Shown here piece after piece: positions 50,748 through 60,143 of a stretch of DNA of 64,000 nt (within the stretch, counting starts at the first letter, position 1; every line of letters starts with the position of its first letter). The notes under the pieces were generated by a model. It saw only the letters and a program-made list of their open reading frames with translations, was not told the DNA's origin and made no database searches. A program made the position numbers and the translations under genes. This DNA is from an uncultured virus (IMG/VR IMGVR_UViG_3300030329_003992) (taxonomy: Duplodnaviria > Heunggongvirae > Uroviricota > Caudoviricetes), in the IMG/VR virus record IMGVR_UViG_3300030329_003992; one strand, given 5' to 3'.

Positions 50748-51954
50748 ACCAAAACATTATTGTCCAATTCCTTTTTTTAGTATTGAATTATATGATGACC
50801 ATGTGGCCAAATTGTGCTGTAATAGCGGAAGGAGATTTTATTTTGAAAAAGATTTAAAAGATTTTTGGCATGGTGACGCAATAGAGTCTGTAAGAGAAAA
50901 GATGACCAATGACGAATGGAATTCAGATTGTCAATTGTGTTATGATAGAGAAGATTTGTTTAATCATTCAAAAAGAGTTGATGAAATTAAACAGATGGGA
51001 AATAATCATTTGAAAAAACCTTTAGCAATGCCAACTCATCTGCAATTAAATTTATCAAATGTTTGTAATTTAAAATGTATCATGTGCGCACCAAAGTACT
51101 CAACAAAATGGAATGAAGATGTAGAGTCATTAGGTAAATTGAGAGAGAATTTGTATGTAGAGCCCGTAAAGAAAATATCAGAAAAAGTTTTAACAACAAC
51201 TATAAGAGATTTTATAAACACAAGATCTTTTGCTGAAAAAACTATAGAAATATATGGAGGAGAACCATTTCTATCTAAAGAGTTTTGGAGAATCGTTGAC
51301 AATACTCCTTATCAAAAGTTAAGAAATGTTAGATTTAAATGTAATACAAATGGCACTATCATGAATGATGCTATCATGAAGAATTTAAAAAAGTTTAAAA
51401 AGAATATAATAAATATGAGCATTGATGGGGTGGGAGAAATATTTGAATTTCAAAGATTTCCTGCAAAATGGGAAAAGGTTGAAAAAAACATGAACATATT
51501 AAAAAAATATGGTGATAAATACAGATTTAAATTTACAGTTGATTTATATTATACACTATCATCATTTAACGCAGTTGGATTGTCAGAGTTCATTGATTAT
51601 TGTAAAGAAAAAGGTTGGAGATATTATATTAATGTTGCGGACAATGAACCACTTCCTGATGACGTACCTTTTTTAAACAGAAGAACAAAATCAAAAGTAC
51701 AAGAATATGGCGGTAAAGGATTCACTCATCCATGTATGCTTCCCCAAGAAGTTAAAGAAAAAATATTAAATGAAATTGAAGGTAAAGTAGATAATCTTTA
51801 CTGGAAAAAAATAAAGAATTCTTTTTTTGACACAAAAGGATTTAGTTTAGAAAAGTTGAACAACTTCAAAAATTATTGTGATTTGATAAAAGAAGTTAGG
51901 GGATTAGATTTTTTGGAAATGTTAAAGAGAAGGTATAATTATGAGTATACTTAA
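50740..51954 (+). CDS. Radical SAM protein with N-terminal twitch/SPASM-like Cys cluster
   Basis: N-terminal CPIPF...LCC...CQLC; CNLKCIMC; GGEPF; NTNGT; SIDG. Confidence 0.9.
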   Translation: MNRPKHYCPIPFFSIELYDDHVAKLCCNSGRRFYFEKDLKDFWHGDAIESVREKMTNDEWNSDCQLCYDREDLFNHSKRVDEIKQMGNNHLKKPLAMPTHLQLNLSNVCNLKCIMCAPKYSTKWNEDVESLGKLRENLYVEPVKKISEKVLTTTIRDFINTRSFAEKTIEIYGGEPFLSKEFWRIVDNTPYQKLRNVRFKCNTNGTIMNDAIMKNLKKFKKNIINMSIDGVGEIFEFQRFPAKWEKVEKNMNILKKYGDKYRFKFTVDLYYTLSSFNAVGLSEFIDYCKEKGWRYYINVADNEPLPDDVPFLNRRTKSKVQEYGGKGFTHPCMLPQEVKEKILNEIEGKVDNLYWKKIKNSFFDTKGFSLEKLNNFKNYCDLIKEVRGLDFLEMLKRRYNYEYT

Positions 51955-52714
51955 TAATGATGTTTTAGTTCAAGAGACTCCAACAAAATTGACTTTGGAA
52001 AAGGTTTTAAATTATGTTATAGATAAAACAGGCATTAACATAACAAAGTATCCAACTGTAAATCAATTAAGAGAGGGTGATGTTAAATATGGTGGAGAAA
52101 CAACCAAATTTAAAATGGATGTAAAAAAATTTAATAAAGATTTTAAATATTGGTTTCAAGATATTGCTGGTAAAAATGGGTTTACAAGTAACTGTAAAGT
52201 TGAATGCTCTTTAAAACAATTAACTCCCAAGAGTCACCAAGTTCATACAGATAGTGACAATTCTTTTGGTGATCATCATACAGTATTTGCTAGATTTTCT
52301 ATCCCATTGTCAGTATCACCACCAACAATATATTATGATAAATGTATGTTTGATGATGAATTTTATACTAGGGTATCAAAAACTAAATTCAAAACAATTA
52401 CAAAACAAGGACGTTGGGAAGAATTTGAACAAGAAGAATTTGTTGATTTGACAACACAAGAAAGAATGCCAATATCTGGTGAGGCTTATACTCAAGAAGA
52501 TATGAAAAATAATAAAATTACTCACATAGGACCAGAACAAGTTTTTGGTTTGAACATATATAAAATTTGTGAATGGGAACCAGGAACAATTCAGTTTTTT
52601 CCTTGTTCCTTATTACATAGTAGTTCAGATCATATACAATGGAATGAAGAAGAATTTGTAAACAAGTATTTCTTGACAGGAGTTTTATATGACCAGAATG
52701 TTACGCGTCATTGA
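51941..52714 (+). CDS. Divergent 2OG-Fe(II)/cupin-like oxygenase (paralog 2)
   Basis: VHTD, IPL, GLNI...WEPG...LLHSS. Confidence 0.6.
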   Translation: MSILNNDVLVQETPTKLTLEKVLNYVIDKTGINITKYPTVNQLREGDVKYGGETTKFKMDVKKFNKDFKYWFQDIAGKNGFTSNCKVECSLKQLTPKSHQVHTDSDNSFGDHHTVFARFSIPLSVSPPTIYYDKCMFDDEFYTRVSKTKFKTITKQGRWEEFEQEEFVDLTTQERMPISGEAYTQEDMKNNKITHIGPEQVFGLNIYKICEWEPGTIQFFPCSLLHSSSDHIQWNEEEFVNKYFLTGVLYDQNVTRH

Positions 52715-53849
52715 TAAGATAAGAGTTATTGGTGCGGGTACAACAGGACTTATTTTTGCGACATATTTCAAAAAAATGCTTCCTGATATTGAAATAGATT
52801 TGTATTATGATCCTAATAAGAAACCTTTAGTTGTTGGTGAAAGCATGCAACCTTACATGAGGTTTTTCTTTGAAAAGGTATTTGATGATGAATCTTGGAT
52901 GGATCAAACAAACGCAACTTATAAGTTTTATATAAAACATGATGGTTGGGCAAATGAAAATAGTTCTATGATATTTCCATTGTGTGATGATAGATTTGAT
53001 GATATTGAAGAATGCGAAAGAGAGATATTTTCTGCTGATAAAAATAATGTACCAGAGTGCTCATCAAGACACGCATGGCAAATGCAATCAGTTTTACTTC
53101 AACCAATATTGATTGAAAAATGTAAAGAGTTGGGAGTAAATTTAATTGAAGAAAATTATGATTTTTCTAACACAGATATATTTGCTATAGATTGTAGAGG
53201 TTTTGATGGTTTGGGTGGAGAGGTCATTTCACCTTTAATAATAAATGATACCGCTATAGCAGGTCATGTTAATCATTTTAAAGATACAGAACAAAGATAT
53301 TATACAAGAACTAATGCAACAGATAATGGATGGTTTTGGGAAATACCATTACAAAATAAAGTTGGTGTTGGTAGAGTTTACTGTTCAAAATATAATACAG
53401 AAGATGAAATAAAAAAACAATTGAATGAACAATATGGATTGGATACTTTTTTAAAAGTTCCCTTTAAAACCAAATACAAAGAAACTGTTTGTACTATGCA
53501 TACTTTAAAAGTTGGTTCTGCGGCAGCTTTCATAGAACCTTTGGAAGCAACAACTTTATTATTAGTAGTTTATTCTTGTTACCTTTTTAAAGAAATGTTG
53601 AAATCTTTTTCATTCAGATTAGATGATGATTTTGTTAAACATTATAATTTAAATTTTAAACAAATGATACAAAATCATATAGTTTTTATAGAAAGTTTTT
53701 ATGGTTTATCAGATAGAAATGATTCTCCGTATTGGAACGAAATAGATAAGCATAGAAAACAATTCAGAGATTCACATGAATGGCCTGAATTTTATGGTGA
53801 GTATATAAAGAAAAAAATGTACGATGGATTATCATATAACATTAAGTGA
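52689..53849 (+). CDS. Compact tryptophan halogenase-family flavoprotein
   Basis: VIGAGTTG, VGES, NATYK, IDCRGF, GWFWEIP, FIEPLEAT. Confidence 0.88.
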   Translation: MTRMLRVIDKIRVIGAGTTGLIFATYFKKMLPDIEIDLYYDPNKKPLVVGESMQPYMRFFFEKVFDDESWMDQTNATYKFYIKHDGWANENSSMIFPLCDDRFDDIEECEREIFSADKNNVPECSSRHAWQMQSVLLQPILIEKCKELGVNLIEENYDFSNTDIFAIDCRGFDGLGGEVISPLIINDTAIAGHVNHFKDTEQRYYTRTNATDNGWFWEIPLQNKVGVGRVYCSKYNTEDEIKKQLNEQYGLDTFLKVPFKTKYKETVCTMHTLKVGSAAAFIEPLEATTLLLVVYSCYLFKEMLKSFSFRLDDDFVKHYNLNFKQMIQNHIVFIESFYGLSDRNDSPYWNEIDKHRKQFRDSHEWPEFYGEYIKKKMYDGLSYNIK

Positions 53850-54399
53850 TACCAAACTTAGAAACGGTGTTATGAAGTTTAAAGAAGGCACTGTTAAACT
53901 AAGCGGTAAAATATTAGACATGGGATGTGGTGACATGCCATATCATAATGATCTGGGATCTGATGATGTGGTTGGTATTGATCTTCCAGATGATTTGAGA
54001 TTAAAAAGTACTTGGTCTAGATTTGAAGATAATGAATTTGATTGTGTTATTTCTTTTGGTGTTTTGCATTGGTTAGGAAATAAAAATTGGTTACAAGAAT
54101 CATATAGAGTTTTAAAAGATGGTGGTCTGTTTCATCATTACTTTTGGGAAAGAAAACAAATAGAAAAACCAGAAATAAGATTGTCAATGAGTGGTATGCC
54201 AACTCCATATAAGAGATCACAACAAGAAGCGTATGATGAATTTACTAAAGTAGGATTTAAAGTTGATCAATGTATAGATGTGAATCCTAAGATAATAGGT
54301 GCTAATCCCATGTTTAGGTTTCTCAAGATAAATAGTTTGAAATCTATTTTTGAAAAACAACCTAAAATACATTTTCTCAGAATTTGGGGAACAAAATGA
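53824..54399 (+). CDS. Class I SAM-dependent methyltransferase
   Basis: ILDMGCG, VGID, FDCVISFGVLHW, RVLKDGG. Confidence 0.88.
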   Translation: MDYHITLSDTKLRNGVMKFKEGTVKLSGKILDMGCGDMPYHNDLGSDDVVGIDLPDDLRLKSTWSRFEDNEFDCVISFGVLHWLGNKNWLQESYRVLKDGGLFHHYFWERKQIEKPEIRLSMSGMPTPYKRSQQEAYDEFTKVGFKVDQCIDVNPKIIGANPMFRFLKINSLKSIFEKQPKIHFLRIWGTK

Positions 54400-55247
54400 A
54401 TAAATTTACAACAGTTGATTTAAATGAAGATCAAATTAAAAATCTAAAAAGTTTAGAAGAATATACTAAATCATTCTTTTCAAACAATGAAATTTTTAAT
54501 GAATCAAATATAATTAATGTTAAAGAATTTCCTCAAGAGAGAAAGCATGTGGATGGTGGTATGTTTAAAAAATCACTAACGTATTCTGTTGGTGTTGTGG
54601 AAATGTATGAAACAATAACTAAAAATAATAATTCAATATACAGTAATTTTTACCAAGTGACAGAAGATGATGTTGATCTTTCAATATTTCAAAACTTTGT
54701 GGGTAGTTTTCATGATACAATTAAAAATCATGGTAATGAATTAAATCTTGATGAAGAAAATGTTGGAATAACTTTACAACTTTGTGAATATCCTTTAGCA
54801 CCAAATACAATGGTTACTAATCTGGATGTTGAAAATGCTGCATTCTCTTTTACTGTTTCAACTGATTGTAAAATATATTTTGAACCTCATGATGAATTTA
54901 TGCTAAGTAATAGTGGATTGTTGGTTACAGGCAACCATCCTTATTTCATGTTAAATTATAGAGACAAAACTTTATATGTTTTTTCAATTTTCATTATACA
55001 TGATGAAGAAGTTGATATTGAACCAGAACCAGAACCAGAAAAAAGAAATGTTAAATTAGAATATAGACCACCTTGGGGTAGACCAAAAGAAAATGAAGAA
55101 TTGACAGACCCCGCACAACAAACTTCTAAAACTAAAATGAATAAAGTTAAAATGGTTCCTGATGTAGAAAGAGTTGGAAGAAAAGATAGTCAATGGGGAG
55201 TAGATAAGTATACAGTTAGACCAAAAAGAAAAGATGATAAGACCTAA
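54396..55247 (+). CDS. Hypothetical protein
   Basis: ATGA-coupled start at 54396; EPEPEP linker and charged tail. Confidence 0.55.
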   Translation: MNKFTTVDLNEDQIKNLKSLEEYTKSFFSNNEIFNESNIINVKEFPQERKHVDGGMFKKSLTYSVGVVEMYETITKNNNSIYSNFYQVTEDDVDLSIFQNFVGSFHDTIKNHGNELNLDEENVGITLQLCEYPLAPNTMVTNLDVENAAFSFTVSTDCKIYFEPHDEFMLSNSGLLVTGNHPYFMLNYRDKTLYVFSIFIIHDEEVDIEPEPEPEKRNVKLEYRPPWGRPKENEELTDPAQQTSKTKMNKVKMVPDVERVGRKDSQWGVDKYTVRPKRKDDKT

Positions 55248-55977
55248 ATTACATACTTCAGTTTGGGATAAAAAAGAGATAGAAAATATATATAATAATT
55301 TAGATATTAACATTGAAGACAAAATTGATTATGCGGGGCGGCCAGTACATTGGAGTCAAGATTGTTTTGAAAAAAATAAACAATGGATATTTAATAAATT
55401 AAAGACATTATATACAGATATTAAGTATCATGAACTACAAGGTGAATTAATTGTTGCACCATGGCCTGCACCAATGCATCTTGATGCACAACATTCTAAT
55501 AAAAGACCTTTTTTACAAGTAGTCATACCATTAAAGTTCATAGGATCATTTGATAATTATAAATGGCAGGGATTATTTGTTTTTAAACAATATTGTGTTC
55601 ATGATAATCCAGAGGGATATGAGTGGCATATCATAGATAAGAATCCATATTTAAAAAGGTGGAAACTAAAAAAGATATTGCGTTCTTTACCTTGGTCAGA
55701 TGTTGATGGTAATAGAGTAAAACTAACAAACAAAAGATTGCATTCTGGTGAAGATTTTGGTGATGAAAAATATCATCAAGTCATTAAGAGTAAAAGATGG
55801 TTGGATGGATTTGAAATTGATTCATATTTTCCTTATGACATAGGTGATATGTTAGTGTTTAGTCCATATGTTTTACATTGTTCTGGTGATTTTACTAAAG
55901 ATAATATAGAGAAGAAAGTTTTCTTTAGAGTAAGAATTTATAAAGATGCAAAAATAAAAACTGGATATGCCATATAA
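55234..55977 (+). CDS. Divergent 2OG-Fe(II)/cupin-like oxygenase (paralog 3)
   Basis: MHLD, VVIPL, GFEI...IGD...VLHCSGDF. Confidence 0.6.
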   Translation: MIRPKLHTSVWDKKEIENIYNNLDINIEDKIDYAGRPVHWSQDCFEKNKQWIFNKLKTLYTDIKYHELQGELIVAPWPAPMHLDAQHSNKRPFLQVVIPLKFIGSFDNYKWQGLFVFKQYCVHDNPEGYEWHIIDKNPYLKRWKLKKILRSLPWSDVDGNRVKLTNKRLHSGEDFGDEKYHQVIKSKRWLDGFEIDSYFPYDIGDMLVFSPYVLHCSGDFTKDNIEKKVFFRVRIYKDAKIKTGYAI

Positions 55978-56560
55978 TTTAAATAAACCAATATTAAAAC
56001 CCCTGAATGATTCTTATTATGAAAAGGCGGTAGAATATTTAAAAATTAATGATGATGTTTCACTTGAGAAGAATCTAGAATATATAAAAGAAAAGTGGGG
56101 GTTATATGATTTAAAATTTGAAGGGACTGATACCGAAACTCCCATTAGTTTTAAATACACAGGTACTCCTGATGTTGTTTATGAATATGGAAAAACAGGC
56201 AAAGACTTAGGAATTAAATATATTGATGTTAGTCAAAAAACCATAGATTTGTATCATAAAATTCTTGAAACAGATAAAAATAGTTTGTTAATTGATTATC
56301 AAAATAGTTTGGACATAAGTGAGGTGGTATCAGAATCTTTTAAATTGGAGTCATATATAAATGTTTTTCCATCAGAATATAAAACAGATTCTTCTAAATA
56401 TAGTATTTTACATACAGACGCAAAAGGTCTGATGTTAGAGTACCAATCAATTGATATTGAAATAAATCAAATAGTTTTCTTTCCAAGTTCTGTCAGATAT
56501 AAATTTTCACAACCAAATGAAAATAAGTTTTATATAAAAACACTAGTACATGAAAATTGA
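55967..56560 (+). CDS. Hypothetical protein with a possibly degenerate 2OG-like C-terminus
   Basis: IVFFPSSVRY resembles the FPSxxxH strand with His replaced by Tyr. Confidence 0.4.
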   Translation: MPYNLNKPILKPLNDSYYEKAVEYLKINDDVSLEKNLEYIKEKWGLYDLKFEGTDTETPISFKYTGTPDVVYEYGKTGKDLGIKYIDVSQKTIDLYHKILETDKNSLLIDYQNSLDISEVVSESFKLESYINVFPSEYKTDSSKYSILHTDAKGLMLEYQSIDIEINQIVFFPSSVRYKFSQPNENKFYIKTLVHEN

Positions 56561-57533
56561 TATACCTACAATAGATTTTCTTTCAAAGGATGTTGAGCAA
56601 CAAGTTTGGGATGCCTTCACTAACTATGGCATGGCTCAATTTGCCAATCTTCATACTCCATGGAAACCAGATTTAGAAAAGTTCTTTTATTATGTTGTTA
56701 AGTTTTTTGATTTACCAGTAAATACAAAACACAAATATGCTGATGTCATGCAGTTTAAAAATCTTGGTTACATTTGGCCAGAGAGAGAAAAACTGGTGTT
56801 GAGTAATCCAGGAGACATGAAGGAAACTTTTAACTTTGTTGAAAAAAGTAAAATGCCAGAAATTTACTGGCCAAAAGAGATACCAGAGTTGAGAGAATAT
56901 GCTGAAAGATTTATAAGAATAAGTACATTAATTTCTTATGATTTACTTTATGTTTTTGAAAAACTTTTACAGCAACCAAGAGGACATTTTGTAGAGAAAC
57001 ATCTTCATGCAATTAGTGGTATGAGAATGATTCATTATCCTAAGTGGGAAAAAGAAATAGAAAAAAATCAATTTAGATGTGGAGCACATACAGATTTTGA
57101 TACATTTACTATATTGTATAGAGATGATTGTGAAGGACTACAAATATATTTAAATGATCAATGGTATGATGTTCCTGTAGTCAAAGATACCATAGTTGTT
57201 ATGTCAGCGGATATGTTACAGAGATGGTCTAATGGGAGATTTAAATCAACCCTACATAGAGTAGGTAATATTTCAATGGACAGATCAAGATATACTTTGA
57301 CTCATTTTGTTGGTCCTGCGAATGATACTATGATAAACAATTTAACAGATGAAGAAAACAAATATGAATCTTTGATGTCATCTGAATTTTTAGATTGGAG
57401 ATATAAGTATCAATTTGTAGATAATAAATTTGTAGAGATAGATAATTGTATCGCTACACAAAAAGAAACAATAAATGAGTATCATGATTTTGAAAGAATA
57501 CCAGAACATGATCAACCTCATTATTGGAGATAA
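56550..57533 (+). CDS. Isopenicillin N synthase-like 2OG-Fe(II) oxygenase
   Basis: IPTID, FFDLP, DMKETF, MRMIHYP, GAHTDF, GLQI, LQRWSNGRFKSTLHRV, RYT. Confidence 0.92.
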   Translation: MKIDIPTIDFLSKDVEQQVWDAFTNYGMAQFANLHTPWKPDLEKFFYYVVKFFDLPVNTKHKYADVMQFKNLGYIWPEREKLVLSNPGDMKETFNFVEKSKMPEIYWPKEIPELREYAERFIRISTLISYDLLYVFEKLLQQPRGHFVEKHLHAISGMRMIHYPKWEKEIEKNQFRCGAHTDFDTFTILYRDDCEGLQIYLNDQWYDVPVVKDTIVVMSADMLQRWSNGRFKSTLHRVGNISMDRSRYTLTHFVGPANDTMINNLTDEENKYESLMSSEFLDWRYKYQFVDNKFVEIDNCIATQKETINEYHDFERIPEHDQPHYWR

Positions 57534-57534
57534 A

Positions 57535-57756
57535 ATGACATTTCAATTATATGAAGAACTTCTAGCAGAAGAAATAGGAAAGACTAGAGATTATATTGAT
57601 AAAATAAAACAACAAAAAACAACAAATGTTAAAGAAATTATTTTGCCTGAACAATTAAAGTGTTATATTAAGGGTCTTGAATTTTCTATACAACTTCTAG
57701 ACTCTGTTAGAAAACATTATGAAAAAAAGTTAATGGATGAGGATAGCAGGGATTGA
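57535..57756 (+). CDS. Small hypothetical protein
   Basis: GGAG RBS; start placed at ATG 57535. Confidence 0.55.
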   Translation: MTFQLYEELLAEEIGKTRDYIDKIKQQKTTNVKEIILPEQLKCYIKGLEFSIQLLDSVRKHYEKKLMDEDSRD

Positions 57757-58309
57757 TTACTCACTAACAAGTCCAGCTATAACGGTATATAATGGAACCG
57801 AATGGAATTATGACAATGTTGACCATTATTGTCTTGCTAATAATAATAAGCAAGTCGAGCGGTGGTCCACCCTTCAAAATGTAAATGTTACTTTATATCC
57901 TGAATATTCTTGTGAATTGGATAGATATGAAAAACTAGCAGATTGGGTTATACATATTATAGTTACACCCTTCATGAGACCTGATTTTGTAGTCTTGGAA
58001 GATTATGCATATGCTGCAACAGGTAGAGTTTTTAACATTGCAGAAAATGTTGCTATCCTAAAATATAAATTAAAAAAATGGGGAATTAAGTATCATTTAG
58101 TTCCACCAACTGTTATTAAGAAATTTGCAACAGATAAAGGCAATGCTAATAAGGAACTTATGTATAAACATTTTTGTGAAGAAACTAAAAAAGAAATAAA
58201 CTTGACAATTTCTCCAAACTCTGGTACTATAAAGAATCCAACATCAGATATTGTTGATTCCTATTATATATGCAAGTATGGTGAAAAAAACTTGACATTG
58301 GAACAATAA
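57737..58309 (+). CDS. RuvC-like (RNase H fold) Holliday junction resolvase
   Basis: AGIDYSLTSP, VLEDY, PTVIKKFATDKGNANK, DIVDS. Confidence 0.8.
   Translation: MRIAGIDYSLTSPAITVYNGTEWNYDNVDHYCLANNNKQVERWSTLQNVNVTLYPEYSCELDRYEKLADWVIHIIVTPFMRPDFVVLEDYAYAATGRVFNIAENVAILKYKLKKWGIKYHLVPPTVIKKFATDKGNANKELMYKHFCEETKKEINLTISPNSGTIKNPTSDIVDSYYICKYGEKNLTLEQ
58202..58230 (+). promoter_or_regulatory. Sigma70-type promoter inside the RuvC-like CDS
   Basis: TTGACA 58202-58207, 17 bp, TGn-TACTAT 58225-58230. Confidence 0.65.
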
Positions 58310-58320
58310 GGTGGTATTAT
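58292..58320 (+). promoter_or_regulatory. Sigma70-type promoter at the end of the RuvC-like CDS
   Basis: A-tract, TTGACA 58292-58297, 17 bp, TGn-TATTAT 58315-58320. Confidence 0.7.
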
Positions 58321-58645
58321 GGAGATAAAGTTTAAAGACAAAGTAATGAATTGTCTGTTCAACACTGTTACTGAACTTGGAAGTTCAACAGAACAAACTA
58401 CAGATTTTAAATGGACAAATGCTGATCTTTTTTGTAAGACAGAAACAGATGTTGTTGTTAAATTTCGCATATCTTTTGATGAAGATGGTGCTGTTCAAGG
58501 CAGAGTAACTTCATGGAAAATTAATGATGATGGAGAACCAGAACCAATTGAACTAAAAACTCTTTTAAATCATCCAGATATGCCAGAAGAAATGGAAGAA
58601 AAACTAACAGACGAAGGCCCACCAAAAGACTATTTAATGAACTAA
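58319..58645 (+). CDS. Acidic hypothetical protein
   Basis: ORF TAATG-coupled to the next gene; start may be 58346. Confidence 0.55.
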   Translation: MEIKFKDKVMNCLFNTVTELGSSTEQTTDFKWTNADLFCKTETDVVVKFRISFDEDGAVQGRVTSWKINDDGEPEPIELKTLLNHPDMPEEMEEKLTDEGPPKDYLMN

Positions 58646-59088
58646 TGGCAAATCCGTTAACTGATGAAAAAGAATTTAAAAGGTGGCAAGATGCAATATT
58701 GGAACCGCCAGAATGGGTATTGAAAAGAGAAAAAGATATGACAGTTAAAGTAGAATTGAGTGAACCCTATATGGGCAAACATAATGAAAAGAAAAATGTG
58801 TTTGTAAAATTAATTGAAAAGAAACCTAGTGCTAAATATGGTACTGTTTATATTGTTCAAGACAAGTCTGGTAGAAAAGGTTTATTCTTTAATTTTACAT
58901 ATAAACAAATAGAACCAAAAATTAAAGATATTGAAATAAATGATTGTTTTCTAATGTCAGCAACTTGTAAACATAGTCAAAGTAATTATGATGGTCAAGA
59001 ACAAACATATTTTAATAGAGTTAAAGTATTAAAGAATACTGGCAGTTTAGAAAATCCTACAAGAGACATATATGAGCATGGCTTATGA
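58645..59088 (+). CDS. Hypothetical protein, possible OB fold
   Basis: Beta-rich C-terminal half ending ATCKH...YDGQEQTYFNRVKV. Confidence 0.5.
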   Translation: MANPLTDEKEFKRWQDAILEPPEWVLKREKDMTVKVELSEPYMGKHNEKKNVFVKLIEKKPSAKYGTVYIVQDKSGRKGLFFNFTYKQIEPKIKDIEINDCFLMSATCKHSQSNYDGQEQTYFNRVKVLKNTGSLENPTRDIYEHGL

Positions 59089-60143
59089 GTGATAGACCAA
59101 AATTAACTGTCATTGAAGGTGGCAAAAAAGAAAAACAATTTCAAGACTTAACATTTGATGATCTTTTAGATCCTAAAGCAAATGGTGGCACTGAAATACA
59201 AGCGAGAAAATTGTTTAATAATTTTCCAGAACTTGTAAGAGAATTTAATTGGGTTTTGTCATATCAAAAAATCCCAATGGACCCCAAGAAACCATCAATA
59301 CTTTGGATGCATGAAACACCATTTGATGAAGGTGTAAGACAAGCATTCAAAGATCCCAATTATCATTTACAATTTAATAAAATAGTATTTGTTTCTTATT
59401 GGCAACAACAATTGTTTCATGCTTTATATAATATACCATGGGAACAATCAATTGTAATTGGTAATTCTATAGAACCAGTTCATGTTAAAGAAGGCGATTT
59501 TCAAGTACCAAGTTCAAGAAATGTTACAAAACTTGTGTATATATCTACACCACATAGAGGATTAGATATTTTATTGGATGTGATACAATCAGAAGAATTT
59601 GAAAGTAGATTTTGGGAACTTCATGTTTGTTCATCTTTTGAATTATATAATAGAAAAGAAAATGATGTACATTTTCAAAAACTATTTGATAGATGTAAAG
59701 AAGATAATAGAATTAAATACCATGGAACACTACCACATGATAGAGTTTTAAGTTTATTAAAAGAATCACATATATTAGCATACCCTTCCACATATATGGA
59801 AACATCATGTATAAGTGCCATGGAAGCGATGAGTACAATGTGTGCTATAGTTTGTCCTAATTATGGTGCCCTACCAGAAACAACGGCTAATTATAGTTTT
59901 TCATATAGTTATGAACCAGATCCAGAAAGACATAAAGTAATATTTTCTCATGTTTTAAAAGATGTTATTGATAACTGGTCATCTAATAATGTTATGCAAT
60001 TATTACAATATGGTAAAGTTTATTGTGATACTTTTTACAGATGGGATGTGAGATTACAAGTTTGGAAACAATTATTAGAGGGTGTGTATAATCTACATTA
60101 CCATGGTCAACAAAATCCTGAACCTACACCGGAGGCGGTCTGA
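59085..60143 (+). CDS. Glycosyltransferase, GT4-like
   Basis: GGTE, LWMHE, FVSYWQ, YISTPHRGL, YPSTYMETSCISAMEA, GALPET. Confidence 0.88.
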   Translation: MSDRPKLTVIEGGKKEKQFQDLTFDDLLDPKANGGTEIQARKLFNNFPELVREFNWVLSYQKIPMDPKKPSILWMHETPFDEGVRQAFKDPNYHLQFNKIVFVSYWQQQLFHALYNIPWEQSIVIGNSIEPVHVKEGDFQVPSSRNVTKLVYISTPHRGLDILLDVIQSEEFESRFWELHVCSSFELYNRKENDVHFQKLFDRCKEDNRIKYHGTLPHDRVLSLLKESHILAYPSTYMETSCISAMEAMSTMCAIVCPNYGALPETTANYSFSYSYEPDPERHKVIFSHVLKDVIDNWSSNNVMQLLQYGKVYCDTFYRWDVRLQVWKQLLEGVYNLHYHGQQNPEPTPEAV

